64,000 nt of DNA. Source: the human T2T-CHM13v2.0 reference genome, Homo sapiens. The DNA lies in NCBI RefSeq assembly GCF_009914755.1, contig NC_060926.1. One strand, 5' to 3'. Below the pieces are notes generated by a model that was given only the letters and a program-made list of their open reading frames with translations, ran no database searches and was not told the origin of the DNA. The translations under genes and the position numbers were made by a program. Of the stretch, positions 24,935 through 41,279 are shown in pieces. Position 1 is the first letter of the stretch. Each line of letters opens with the position of its first letter.

Positions 24935-27900
24935 TGGTCTCCTAATGAGAAAATGACAGGCACTTGAAGGAAAAGGAGGAGAAATAGCAGAAGGGGAAAG
25001 GGAAGAGAGATCATCAGAGGATCTTTGCTTAGAGTAAGGATGAAAAGAGAAGAATATTCCATCTGTGTATGCCCTGGAGCTGGGCTCCAGTGTAGCCGAT
25101 CCAACCATTTCAGCCACCTTGTCCATGGATATACAGCCTCAGGCCTGTGCCTGGAGCAAGAGCACAGCAGGCTTCACTGATGACGGAGCTGGACACATGG
25201 ATCAGACAGGCAATTCCACGGCCCAGGTTTCTTCCCTTCACAAAAGGAAAGGAAGAAAGTCGAGAAGTGAGAATGAATTAATAGACAAGCAAAAAGACAA
25301 AGATATCCGGAGTGTGGAGAGGCACACAGAAGAGGCTGAGGCTGGGGAGATGCAGGGGAAGGCTGTCCATGAGCTGCCAAACAGTTGAGATGGAAAATGA
25401 TCTGTCTGCATTTATTTATTTATGATCACACGGAATAAATAAATGATATGGTTCTGAGTCGAGCACCTGCTTTTGCATTACATACAGCCACAGATAAGGA
25501 ACAGGAAGAATAGAATGGAGAAAAAGGCCACATCAGTGGAAGAATGGCAGGGGATGGACAAGAAGACAGCCCTCGTGCATTAGTTGACACACGTGCACAG
25601 TGGATCTCTTGGGGAGAGAGAGTGTGCAGGGAGCGAGCATGAGTTTGTGTCCGTGCACTAACAAGAAAGAAAGACATCGATCCTGTGATGGTAAGACAAG
25701 GAGGAAAACAGAGACCACTTCTTCCTGTCACTTTCTGCTTTCTCTTCTAATTCAAATCATGTAGTTCAAGAAATTTTGCACCCCACCTTCATACACTCAT
25801 AAGCCCAAGTCCTCAGGACAGAGGCTTTGAGCTATTCACTTGTTCTCCTGGATCTCTGGGTAGTGGTGTGCAGAGGGCTTGTTCCCTGTCTAGTCCTCCC
25901 CGAGACAAACTGGCCCCCTCTAAGGGAGAGTTCTGTGGTTGGTCCCAGCCATGGCAGCTTATTCACACACGTGTGGTGTGTTTCTGAATCATAAATCTTA
26001 CAGACAGCCTAGGATGGGAAGAAAACAGGCTGCCTTCCTGACCTTACACTTGGGCTGCCCGTCCCTGTAGCAAGGAGGAGATAATCAGGGCCCTTGTCCA
26101 GAGCCAATGTTTCCATTATATTTAAATTTCACAAACGATTGAAAGGATCAGCTCATAAAAGCAAAAGAGAGTTGAGGCATTCAACCTCTCTGGGCCTTTT
26201 AAGACCACAGACTTATTATGACCATGTGAGTTTCCAGGAAGAAGCTTCTAATTAAAGCTTATTGCCTCTTAGCTACCATTGGCTGGCCATGTGGCTGGCC
26301 CTTCCTGTTAATTAGAGCAGAAAGGCATCCTAGTGGGGTTGTAGCCTCACAGAGCCCGTGCCCACCTTCTGGCCCACTTCCCCTGTGAGCTCAGGAGGAT
26401 CCAGGGCTGCCATGTTGGCCCATCATCCCCTAGACGTGAGACTTGGGATCCAGACAGGATATTGCACCTGTGTTCTTGAAGGAAATGATAAGACTCTGAG
26501 CTACCAGTGATATAAATGATTAATGGGGGGAATTAGTTAATGTTTGTTAATCGTTTTGTAGATACGAAATGCTGGCTAAGAGCTAAAGGAAGAAGCAGAA
26601 GCAGCAAAAGCTGAAAGACTTTATATCCACCCAAATGCTGATCATAGAACTCCATAATGTTGGAGCTGAGGGAAGGAGGGATCTCCGAGACCATTTGCTC
26701 TATGGTTTGCAAATTGTGCATTGAGGGGCCTTCTGGGCCGCTGCCCAGCAACTGTCTGCCAATGTTTCCTCCCCAAACAAATCTCAACCAGAAGGGCAAA
26801 ATAAAGTTCCACAAAAACCGTGCTCTCAGCATAACTTGAAGACAGAAAATGCCAGAACTTTAAAATAACCAGAATAAAAAGAGAACCATCATCAAATCCC
26901 AGCAGTACACTTTCTGGTACTCCTAGGCTATGCCCCTCGGCTAGCAAAAGGCTCCCTCACTCCCTGCACAAAGCCCTTCACTCTGGAAGACTTCAGCGTG
27001 AGCTTCCCACAGATCCTGGTGTGAGGAGCTCTGTCCAGGGGTCTGGGTAGGGAGGAAGTAAAATGTCTCCAGGATCTTCAGCTAAAGGTTCAGTCCTTGC
27101 TTACCTCTCCCCACCTCACCCTTCCCCACCCTACCCCACCAAACAAACAAAACAAATCAACAGATCAATTCTGTCCTTGGGGACATTTATGATACTTTAG
27201 GCCAATCACAGGAGACTTTTATATCTAATGTTTGGTGGGTTTGGTTCTGACTTGGTACGTCAGTTTAGAAACTGAGCACTTCTCTGCCTGATTTGGGAGA
27301 TTGGACCCCCTGCTAGTCTCTGGTGTCACCTCAGGATCCTGCCCACTGTTGCACCTGCCAATGGCTTGCACTGAGAAGACACACTACTCCCTGGCTCTCC
27401 TCTCCAGCTGGTGATCCCAGGCCTGGCTGCACCTCCTCCTCATGTTCCTCTGTCCACCCTGGAGTGATGCCTTACTATTGTCCCCTCTGATGTGTCCCAA
27501 ATGGCAAAGAAGAGTAAAGCCACCACTCAGAGTGTGGGTAATCACTATGAGCAGGGAAGGTCTTCGATGCTTTATCTTAACATTTGCGTGCAGTTTGCAT
27601 TGGAACTCAATACATAGCCATGCTAGTTTAAATTAAAAAATATTCCTCCACTCCAATCTTTTGGTAAAACTGAAGCTCTTGAAAGATGAGCCACACTGAT
27701 TCTTTGGGTTTGCATGCTTTGGGAGCATTGCTACACATCCTGCAGGTGCAAACATCTAAGTGTGAGTGCTGGCCCCACTTTACCCCAACCCACCTGTTGG
27801 TACCTCTCAACCTGTCCATAGCCAAATGCCTTTAGCCTCCTGTATGGAGAGGCTCTGGAAGTACTACAGTGAGCTGAATCTCAGACCTACAGGGTAAGGT

Positions 27901-30887
27901 GCTGAGAGCTGAGTCATCTAGTCCTTCTTCCAGGGGATGCCATTTCACTTCACCGATCCTGAGTTGTACTAGTTCACTGTTGGTCCAGTTTTTCTTGATG
28001 ACTCATACCAATTGTTTGTATCAATTGTTAGTTAATGAAGAGCCGCCAAGGCCACTGGGCCAACAATACCATGATCTGCAATTTGGACACAGGGAATGGT
28101 AGAGCTAACCCAGTTTGATTTTCCACTAGGTTCCAGGCACTGTGTCAGGTGAGGCACACAGTATCCCATTTAATCCTCACATGGACCCAGGGATAGGTGT
28201 CACTGTCTTCATTTCGCACGTGAATTATCTGGTACCACAGGATGTAATGGACATGTAGCACCCAAATGACTCAGGATTCAAGTCCACGTTTTTCTTCTCC
28301 AAGTCCTATATCTTCTTTCCACTGTCCATGATGCTGTATCCCTTGCTTTTCTTTCTGTTGCATCTTTTTGGCCATTTCACTCCTTATGACCTCTAATGTT
28401 GGAGAATAAAACAGAGATAGAGGTGAGGTTGGAAAGTTTGAATCCTGCTGTCAGTTGTTTCAGGAAGACGGAGATGGTGTGGGACAGGTGGTGAACTGGA
28501 ACCAATGTCTAAAGTGACATTTCTCTGATCACATCTGGAATTAATTTATCTGGGTCCACCCTGTTTGCTTCACAGCCACATTTTTTTTAAGGAACGATTC
28601 CAGAGAGCTCTTAGCGACCTAAAGAGAAAACATCTTCCCAAGCCCCTTCCCCATCACCAGCTGGAGCATCCGTCTCATTAATAACTGGAGCCTAATCCTT
28701 CACATTCAAAGGGAGTCCCATTACCCAAAACAATAATATTTTTAATTACCCAGGCAGAGTGGCAATTGCACATTGAATACTAAGGATGATGTAAAACTAA
28801 TAAATACTTTTGGAAATTCATTGAACATTTTAATGAATTAAAAGTTATGAAATATTTATAAGCGGTAACAACACCATTTATTACCATTAATAAAATAAAT
28901 ACATTAGTTAGAGAATGAAATTCATTACTATTTTACTACCAGACATTGATGTCAATGACTGAGTATTGCTCCAAATTACTTGTAAAATAGACCAATTATT
29001 TTAGTGTGATTAATCTTTTCAATTATTTCCTTTATGTAGTTGTAATTTGAAAGTAATTTTCTTCTGGGAGTACAATGACCTCGGCACACTCATTCTTTAT
29101 TTATTTATATTTAAAAACCTTTGTGTCTGCCCCCATTTCTGGGCAAGTTCCAATGATCGAATATTTAAAATAGTTGCCCAAGCAGGCATTGTTTCTAAGC
29201 ACTTCATGTGGCATTTTAAAATTGGCTTTATTAATAATTATGGATAAGCCATTCCAAAGTAAGAACTTCTTTGCCAACAGTAGCTAGGCACTGGTAGAGA
29301 AAGGAAAGACCAGCGAATTTCCTTCCTGGTTCCACCTGCTTTGGCCTGACTGTTTTGGATTCCAGTCTTCCTCAAGGGAGGCAGTGTGACAGGCATTTGA
29401 AAAGACCTCTCTCCTGCCTCCAACTACCTCTACAGAATTAAGCAGGATTACTCCTTTGTGTGGCACAAAGGACTCTGTGCACCCAGTGACCAAGGTAAAA
29501 AAATGACTTTATCAGGCATAAGAGCATAGGTCTTAGGAGGCAAGAGAAGCAGCTGCCTTTGCAATCAGAAAGCAAGTCTGGGCTGTCAGAATCTCTGCTG
29601 GAAAAGAGGTAAATTTTCCCTTTGCATAATGGCTCAGGCAAGGCGCAGATGGAAAGGCAAAAGGCAGATGTGAACCTGTAAACATACCCCAGGATAGTTG
29701 TGCAGAATTATTCAGCTCTGGTTCCAGAATTAGGAGATTCAGCTTAGTCAAGGGATGCCAGAGAGAGGATGAGAATACGTATTGTGCCAAGCATTGTGCT
29801 AGGAGCTCTGCACGCAACATCTGTTTTAATTTCCCAAAAAACCTATAATTATGTATTTCCTGATGAGAAAATGAAAACTCATAGATTTAGGAAACTTTTC
29901 CAAGCTCAAAAAGGTGGTGAGCGATGGAGCTGGCATCCAAATACATTCAGTCTGATTCTAAAGCCTCTAATCTCTCTCCTACATTGGAATAAGCAAACCT
30001 TTATTGAGTGCTTGCCATGAAAAAAAAAAAAGCACTTCACTGCTAATTGAGATACAGAGATTTTAAAAAAAGACAGTCTTTGATTTTAGGAACTTAGCAT
30101 CTATTGAGTGAGACACATAAATAACTGGAGAGAAGTAGACGGTTCTAAAATAGATATACATGGAAACAATTCTGAGTGGAGACTTAGAGAAAATACTATT
30201 TAAGCTGGGATTTGAAAGATGTGCAGGTCTTTGAAAGGTGGAGGGTGCGCTGCAGGGGGCGCAGATGGAACCAAAGCTTGAGCTGGGGAGGGACATTTGA
30301 GAAATGCAAGCAGATCTCAGTGGCTGATGAAATCATAATTTTCATGCTTATCTTTTAAATGGTTCAGTCCACGGTAAGTTAAGGGCAGGAGATTTTGGAA
30401 ATAGGGAGTTTAGAAGGAGAGCGTTTTTAAAATGGAGTTGAACATCCACCTGGAGATAGGCACTAGAACTAAGTGAGGATACTAAGGTCGTGACTGCGAT
30501 TTCTCCTTGGTGATCACTTCCAAGCAATAGAGCTCACCATTGCACGGCTGATTGAGTGCCCTGAAGTGACTGCTCCAGGTGGTGGCACCTCCCCAGGTTG
30601 GCAGTATGTGGCTCTCATCACCCTCTTGGCATTAGGTCAATAATTAACATCACAAAGCTCTGCAGGAGGCCTCAGAGGAGCCAGTTTGTTTCTGTGAATG
30701 GTAATTTCTTCATGAGAAACAGCAGCAGCAAGGAAGCAGGTTAGTTCTCAAAAGCTTCAGGCGAGGTGAGGCCCAGAGAGGTTAAGTAGCTCATGGCATC
30801 ATTTACAAGGCACCTCCACAGCCACCTTCTCACTGACCCTCAGCATGAGGTCAATTTTGAGACAACTACTGACATGTTGTTATCCCT

Positions 30888-31203
<316 letters not shown>

Positions 31204-31444
31204 TATCTCTATTTTAAATGACAAAAAAACCCCACAAAAACCCAATCTATGTTCCAGTTATGAGGGAAATCATTAATGATTTGAAGTGTGATGGCTAGTC
31301 TATGGCAAGTAAGAGGTAGGAAGGAGACTTAAATCCAGGTTTTCTGATTCTGGTTCAGTGCTCATTCTGTGGTCTTTCTGAGAAAGGAATGTTGGAACTG
31401 CTTTGGAGGAAGACATTTCCAGGAATGGAACACCTATTCAGTAC

Positions 31445-31912
31445 TGACAGAGGAGGAGCACTGCCATCTTGGACAAGCACCTCATCCTAAAGTTCATCTT
31501 AATCAAAAACCACCTAAATCCAAAGGACATCAGCCTAATGGCCAAGGTCAGCATGACCATAAACCACAAATAACATCTCTGACCAGAAACATTCCAAACT
31601 CCTCCCCAACCAGAGACATGCTAGCCCCGAGATAGTCTCCCTCTGGCCGGAAAGATGTCAGCCCCAAGATAACCTCTCCTCCGTCCAGAGAAATTCCAAC
31701 CCCCCATAAACTTCTCCCCCACACAGAAACATTCCAAGCTTGTGATAAGCCTGCTCACTGTAAAACCAATATATACTCTTAGTCTGTAAGAGAAAGCTCT
31801 CCTGACCAAAATTGGCCAGAAGCCCCTCTCAGGTTTATTTTCTCTAAAATAAATCTGTTTTTAACCATTGAGCCGCATTTTGTGTTTCTTTCCTCTTTCT
31901 TTAACTCTTACA
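31445..31912 (+). mobile_element. ERV1 solo LTR (MER66-like)
   Basis: TGACAGAGGAGGAGCACTGCCATCTTGGACAAG...AATAAA...tttctttaactcttACA; TG...CA termini, internal ccagaaacattcc repeats; no clear TSD. Confidence 0.8.
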
Positions 31913-31959
31913 AACTCTTCGTAAGATTTGCACTTACTTTGCACAAACCCTTACAACCC

Positions 31960-31977
31960 TTAGGGTTAGGGTTAGGG
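31960..31977 (+). repeat. (TTAGGG)3 short interstitial telomeric-type repeat
   Basis: ttagggttagggttaggg. Confidence 0.85.
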
Positions 31978-32743
31978 TGCAAATTAAATATAACTCAAAG
32001 ATGCCCTTTAAGAAAGAGTTCTATGTGAAGTAGAATGGAAATGTTAAAGGAACCACACCAAAATTCAGTCCTAAGACAGAAACAACTATTTTATATTAAT
32101 GTTAGCATGTACCCAGTTTAGTACTTGCTCAGAAACTGTCTGTGGCATAGATGAGTGGATGCATGGATGGATGGATAGCTGAGCCTGCTACATACAGAGT
32201 TTGCTGCTGGCAGCCCCAAGACAGAGTGCCACTGTGATCTACATTTTACAAGCACAGACTGAGGATCCTGCTGAGGCGTTGCTTGCTGTTGGAAGAGAAA
32301 ATGCCCAGTTTGGGCCAGGCTGCTAGGAGCCCATGAAGTAATCCCTCATTTACCCAGCTGGATTTTGGAGCCTACTCTAGATGTTGATTGGTTCCACATG
32401 GCTGGCCAAAGATTTGAATCTATTTGTTCAGCTTCTTTCGTTTCCTCTTGTCCCCTTTCAGGCTAAGAAAGACATCTTCCATTGCCCAACATTGTCTTTG
32501 GTGGAGAAGAAGGAGAGAGAGGGGGACAAGGTTACAGGATGCTACCCATTTTTTCCTGGAAATATTTATACTAGCTACATATCCAGCACCTCAAAGCCAG
32601 AACCCACCTGGACAAGAACTTGCCTTGTGAAAATGGCCCATATTCAAAGTCTAATAGCCTTGTGCTAAGCCCTAATTTTTTAAATAAGATACAGTTAATA
32701 TACCTATTTTTGGTTTTCATATTTTAAATAAGTGTAACATCTA

Positions 32744-33080
<337 letters not shown>

Positions 33081-33999
33081 GAGAGAGCTTAGAATCAGAC
33101 TGTCCAATGGTTCTTAAAATGTATTTCATGAAGCCCCATTGAGGGGGAATGTCAAGGGCTCTGGAACAGGTGGGTTCTAGGCGCCCCCAAAGACAGCTGT
33201 ACTTGTATCATTTTATATACTGGGCTTCCATATAAGACTTTGTTTTAATTAAGGCTTCAGGCTCTAGAAAAGGTTTGAAGAGAGTTCAAACACCCTCATT
33301 TTAGCCCCGGAGAAGTTAAAAAATGGTATTTGTGCATCTCAGACTCTTTGGGGACATGTGTTTCAAGGTATCCATAATAATGGGACTGCATTTGACTTTG
33401 GATACCTTCACCTTCCTGAGCCAGAGAAGTTAGAGAAATAACTTCTCACGGGTAAGGTGAAGGTTATGACATCCTCTCTAATGAATGAATCAGAAGCAAT
33501 GTGTATGAAATTATCTCAGTAGAGTAAGGAACCAAGAAGATTACTTCTTTTGAGAAATCTGTTAGTGAGCTGAATGTGGCTGTGGCCTGGGAAACCTCAG
33601 ATGTGTTTTTGTAGGTTCCTGAAAGAGAAGAGGAGATATAGTGGCCTGCTATAAAATGTATGTAGGCTCACACAGGAGCTATCTACATTTCCTTGTTTTT
33701 CATGGGGGAGCTCCTTTGCAGCTCTTTGTCTTCATATTGACTAGTGGCAGTGGTCCATTTCAACTGCCTCTGAACAATCTGAGCTGGGAAAGGGAAATAC
33801 TGAATTGATTTCTTAGAAAAATTGAGAACTTGACAACCATAAGGTGGAGGCAGAAAGCACCTTGGGCTGGTCAGTAATTTAGTGTATCACATTTCAAGGA
33901 AAATCATTGGGTCTTTGTTCATTCAATTTCTACATGGCAAGGGAGACAGATTAGATATTTCTGGTGTCCCTTCCAGCAGAGATCTTCTGTGCAAACTGC

Positions 34000-34225
34000 A
34001 AGGTGTGGTAGCTAAGAACATGGATTTTGGAGCCAGATGGCCTCCATTTCAATACCAGCTGTGTGACTTTGAGGAAATTACTTAGGTCTCCGTGCCTTGA
34101 TTTCTCTATCCATAATAATGGGAATAATAATGATAAGAATAATATTACATACTTCATAGCATTGTTGTAAGGATTGAATGAGTTAATATATGTACCATGC
34201 TTAGAACAGGGCCTAGTGCATGGAA
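34000..34225 (+). mobile_element. MIR
   Basis: gtggtagctaagaacatggattttggagccaga...gctgtgtgactttg...ttgtaaggattgaatgagttaata...cttagaacagggcct. Confidence 0.85.
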
Positions 34226-34312
34226 GAGCTAGATGAGGGTTTGCAATGCTGTGCATTTTTAGGAGCTGTTCAGGGCCATGCTGATCCTCCCCTCCCCTCC
34301 CCTCCCTCCCTC

Positions 34313-34664
<352 letters not shown>

Positions 34665-35655
34665 TAGGCACCTCTGAACCTGAGGGGTCCCGGTGAGTGT
34701 CCTGCGTGATCCTATTGCTCTGGGTTGTCTGCTCAAGAAAGGTTTTTGTGAATGGGCTAAGGGTTCCCTGGGAGCCCAGGCATGGGTGTCTCTGGGGGCT
34801 GATGTCTCTCTTGCCTGTGCTGATTGTGTAAGCTGCTCTTTCACTGGCCTTTCAGTGAAAAATCTCTTCCAAGCCATTTCTACTTACAGCTACTTTCTTT
34901 TGGAAGTAGTAGGGTAATAGCCCAAAGCTATAAAAGAAGGTGCAGCATTTATCAATTGATTGATTAACCAATCAGTCAACGTGTATTCGTGTGGTGTTTT
35001 CTGTGTGTTTAGCACCATGCTAGCTGCTCCCTGGAGAAATAAAAGAAATGTAAGACAAGGTCTTGAACTTCAAGTTAGGATCCCAAAATGATTAAATTGG
35101 AAACAATTATAAAACACCTACTAAATTTAGATGTAGAGTATAAAGTCTTCCAAGGAGAATTTCTGTGGCTGCAAATGACATTTCCTGGCCCCAGGAAATG
35201 AGTAAGGTGGTCCAGTATAGGCCCCTTTTTCTATTATTTTCTGATGTGGGAGGCAATAAGAAATGACCTATGTCACATGAAAGCGCCACAAAAGAAGGAG
35301 TAATATTGAGGAGATTTATCTGGCAACGTGTGGAAGATGGAATGGTATCAGGGAGACCAGTTGGCTGCTGCCAAAATTCAAGTCTGCGTATATGAAGAAT
35401 ATAGAAAGAATAAGACACACAGCTGGGAATATGAAGTCAGAAGGGTATATCCAAGAGACAGCAACAGTAGTATTGTGTTAGTCCATTCTCACACTGCTGT
35501 AAAGAAATACCTGAGACTGGGTAATTTATAAAGAAAAGAGGATTAATTGGCTCATGGTTCCACAGGCTGTACAGGAAGCATGGCTGGGGAGGCCTTAGGA
35601 AACTTGCAATCATGGTAGAAGGCAAAAGGGAAGCAGGCACATCCTACACGGCTAA

Positions 35656-36334
<679 letters not shown>

Positions 36335-36654
36335 TAAACATCCAGATCTTATGAGAACTCACTCACTATCACGAGAATAGCAAGAGGGAGATCCTCCTCC
36401 ATGATCCAATTACCCACCAGCCCCCTCCTCCAACACTGAGGATTATAATTCAACATGAAATTTGGTGGGAAGGGGAAGACACAAATCCAAACCATATCAA
36501 GTATCTAGACAGAGACAGATAGAATACAGGCAAAAGCAAGTCTAGAGGTAAAGGTTCTGGCAATTTGGGTGTAGTGGTAAAAGGAACAGGAAGAGTCAAA
36601 GATGATGCTAAGGTTTTCAGGAAATAAATGAAACCTCAGCCTCTTCCACAAAGG

Positions 36655-36910
36655 CAGCAGAGGGTAGTGGACAGAAACACTGGCTTTGTCATCAGATCAA
36701 CTTGGGATCGAGTTTGACTCTACTTTTCACTAACTGAATGACCCTGGCAAGTTTTGAAACTTCTGTGAGCTTCAGTTTCCCCATCTGTAAAATGAGGATA
36801 TTAGTCCCTGCTTTACAGCATTATCGTAAAGCTTGCATGATGTAACACATAAAGGCATTGACACTTGGCTTTGCGCATGGCGAGTGCTCTGTCAATGTTA
36901 GCTTTTTGCT
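36655..36910 (+). mobile_element. MIR
   Basis: tgaccctggcaag...tgagcttcagtttccccatctgtaaaatgaggata...gagtgctctgtcaatgttagct. Confidence 0.85.
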
Positions 36911-38890
36911 ATTAGTCCATATCAACTGAGATGAACTGAGCACCTACCTAGTGTCACACACTGTGATAAGTGTAAGGATGTAGAGAGGATACAGGCATGG
37001 CCTCTGTCTTGATGACACCCACAGATAGATATTGTCTCCAATGCGGGGAGAATTGTCCCATGTCTCCTTGAGCCTTCTCCAGATGAACTAAAATGGCACG
37101 TCTCTGCTGTGGGCCAAGGAAGAGCTGTGGAGTTCTACAGTTGTGTTTCCCCTTGTGCTCCATCTGTGCCTCATCATGAAGGGACCAAGTTCTTATCAGA
37201 AATATAGACCAGGCATCCTGCAGACCTTCCTACAGTCCTGGCCAGTAATGTTGCCAGCCCTATTCACCTCCTTCAAAGACACCATTTTTCTCCTTTTATC
37301 CCCTCTTCTTCTGGCTTAACCAAAGCAATGACCCCAGAAAACATAGACATTTGCCTACATCGAATAGACATTGAGTATGCCTTTAAAGTAACCCCTTCCC
37401 TTTAAATATGGGTGTAATTTTAGGATGATTCTTATGTCTGCAATTTGTCTATGCCTACTGATGCGCACCTGAATTTGTCTTCTATGGGAAGGAAATTTAG
37501 AAGTTCTAAGCAAACACTGAGATCACCTTGTTCTTCACTATTCTCTGCCTTACACATCCGTATCAATCAATCCCTCCCCATCCCTTGTTGACCACAGGCG
37601 GTCTGACCCAGAGAAGAATCACAGAGAACATTTGCCTCCTCATGGAGACCATCTGTTCTTGGAGCTAGAGCCACTGAAAGAAGGAAGCTGGACCATGAGA
37701 ACTTCCCCAGGTATCTGGGCCAAGCCACTTTCTCTAGGGAATCAGAGGAAGACTCATCTTCTCCCTCCTCTAAGAGGGTGCCCTGCCAGCGGAGACTTTC
37801 TGAGATTAGAAAGATTAGAAAAAATTAGAGAGATTTTAGGGAGGTCAACTCTATTGGTTTTGTAAAGATAGAAAAGCAGACAGGAACGGGTCTCTGGAAC
37901 AGACTCACCGCGAATGCAACACAGGCTATGGGGGATGAATGTTTTTAGGTGAGAGGGAGTTGCAGGGCAAGGGAGAAAACATCTATAGCTTGAGATCCTT
38001 GATTTTAACATGCAAAGAATTTTTTTCAGGTCAAGAAATTTTTGCAGGAGTATTTGTTGTGGGCCTGATATCTGGACTTTTGCAGTTTCTTATTCCTTTT
38101 TCCTAATGATGATCAAATGAGAACATTCTGGGAATTGATACTTTCTCCCTGCCACATTCTTGTTAACTGGTTCCATTTCAACAGATGGCCTCTTTTGTAT
38201 GGTACATAGATCCTTGACATCTGTGAGGACTGATGATGTCCAGAGACATTCACAAATCTTCAAGTTCATGAGTGCGGAAACATTTGTACAAGCTCCTGGC
38301 TTGCTCCCAAGCCACATGTTTCTTATACATTGCCTCATATCATAGGTTAACCACCTTTTCAACTTGAACTGTGGTTCAGTCTATCACATTATGGTGATTT
38401 TTCTTTTCCCCACACATAAACCAGTTTTGATTAAACAACGAAAACAAAATACACTATAAAATTTCCTGCAAAGCCAGCAATAAATGAAGAGCCACAGGGG
38501 CAAAAGAAGCTGGGTTGGTGAGGGGTCAGTAGGGCTTCCTCCCTAAGAGAATCCCTTTCACACACCACTTCCCAGAGGCACAAAGTTCAAATCCAGGCCT
38601 GTACATGGAACAGATGACTGTGGGACATGGGCCTTCAAAGTTATTCAGGAATAGCCTAAATTGAGAATTTAGGTCTGGGAGTGCCTCAGGCTTCCTCTGG
38701 GTCCACGCTTCATTCTTGGGCCCCTGATCCTCTCCCTCCTCCCACCCTTCCCTCTCCACCCTCCGTTAGGCCCCAATGTCTGCTGTTCCCTTCTATGTGC
38801 CTATGTGTTCTCAAGGTAGATATCATTTTATACCAGCTCTTTGAAATTGATTATCTGGGATATGGATCACCTGGTATCATTCAGAACTAG

Positions 38891-39223
<333 letters not shown>

Positions 39224-39314
39224 TAAGTGTGCACATTCCCAGCCAAACATGGTTGCAGGTTATTGACACATCTAACACAATAGGCTACCAAGGAGCGTGG
39301 GAAAGCCAGATTCA

Positions 39315-39548
<234 letters not shown>

Positions 39549-40238
39549 TCACATTCTTCATGGGCACCAAGAGATGGGACTCGAAGTGGCACTGAGGACA
39601 GTGATTCTGACAGCAACATGCAAATACTTATTTCCTTTTAGTCCAACAAACTTAGAGATCCAATTCACGAACCCAGTCTCACCACTGGCATTCCTTTTGT
39701 CATATTCTGTTTAAGGCAAATGCAGCTCTTTGGACTATTTGAGTAGCTAGTATCACAAGAAAGAATATATATAGTTGAGAAAACCTGCCAGTAAGTAGAC
39801 TCAAGGAAATGTCTTCAAAACATGTATCACTCTATTCAAAATTATCTCTAGAAAGAATGATTGGTTTTCAGAATTTTATCTGATAGAAAGTCTCGGAACC
39901 CTCAGGTTTGCTCTACAGTTACTTAAGACGGAAGCTAGTAAGAACTATTTATTTACTGCAGGAAAATTAAAGTGCACCGAAGCATGTATTTTGGGGTAAA
40001 AGGTACCTAAGACTGACGTGGACTTTGCAAAAAGTGCCAACAGAAAAAGATGGAAGCAGGTGAAATGGCGAGCTCGGCACCCACCTATAATCAAGGATAC
40101 TGACACTGTCAGAGAATAGAGAATAAATTAAATGAACACTTTTACACCTTGCTCATGCTATTAACCTCTTGAAATAGCCTCCTGTCACTGATTGGACCAT
40201 CGAATTTACTTTCCAGCATTGATTCATAAATGTCTGCG

Positions 40239-40258
40239 AGTGTGTGTGTGTGTGTGTG
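40239..40258. repeat. (GT)n microsatellite
   Basis: gtgtgtgtgtgtgtgtgtg. Confidence 0.85.
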
Positions 40259-40334
40259 GATTTATTTACTTACTTATTTTGAGTGGTTTGTGTGTAAAAT
40301 AAAAATTACCTAGATTATTTGATATTTTCTTTCC

Positions 40335-40705
<371 letters not shown>

Positions 40706-40971
40706 CACATTTTTTTTTTTTTACCAGTAGGTTGGGCTTTGGTATGGCAGTACAAGTGGTAAAGGATTAAGGGAAAAACTAGCTTTCCATTAAATAAATT
40801 TTTTTAAATATTTCCACCCCCTAAATATAAAGTGATGCTCACTGTAAAAAATAAAAAGCATTGAAAATCCAACTATTCAGAAAGGCTGATAATGGAAAGT
40901 AAAAGTCACCTAGAATACCATTGTCCAGCAATAACCATAGTCACCACCTAAGGGAACAACCTGTCAGGTTG

Positions 40972-41279
40972 TTTTTTTTTTTTTTTTCTGTCTTGAGACA
41001 GGGTCTTGCTGTATGGTCCAGACTGGAGTGCAGTGGTGTGATCACAGCTCATTGCAGGCTTAACCTCCCCAGGTTTAGGTGATCCTCCTACCTCAGCCTC
41101 CTGAGTAGCTGGGACTACAGCTGTGAGCCACCACACCTGGATAATTTTTGCATTTTTTTGCAGAGACAGGGTCTCACTGTCTTACCCAGGCTGGTCTCCA
41201 ATTCCTGGATTCAAGCCATCCACCTGCCTCAGCCTCCCAAAGTGCTGAGATTGCAGGTGTGAGCCACTGCATCAAGCCC
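40972..41279 (-). mobile_element. AluJ-like
   Basis: gatcacagctcattgcag, gatcctcctacctcag, cagggtctcactg; TSD-like aacctgtc. Confidence 0.94.

Noticed and set aside
25065-25388. 107-aa charged ORF
   Set aside because: Purine-rich composition explains the lack of stops; no known homology; antisense to ALK.
25408-25445. 12-bp hairpin catttatttatt/aataaataaatg
   Set aside because: Low-complexity AT stem, too short for a pre-miRNA.
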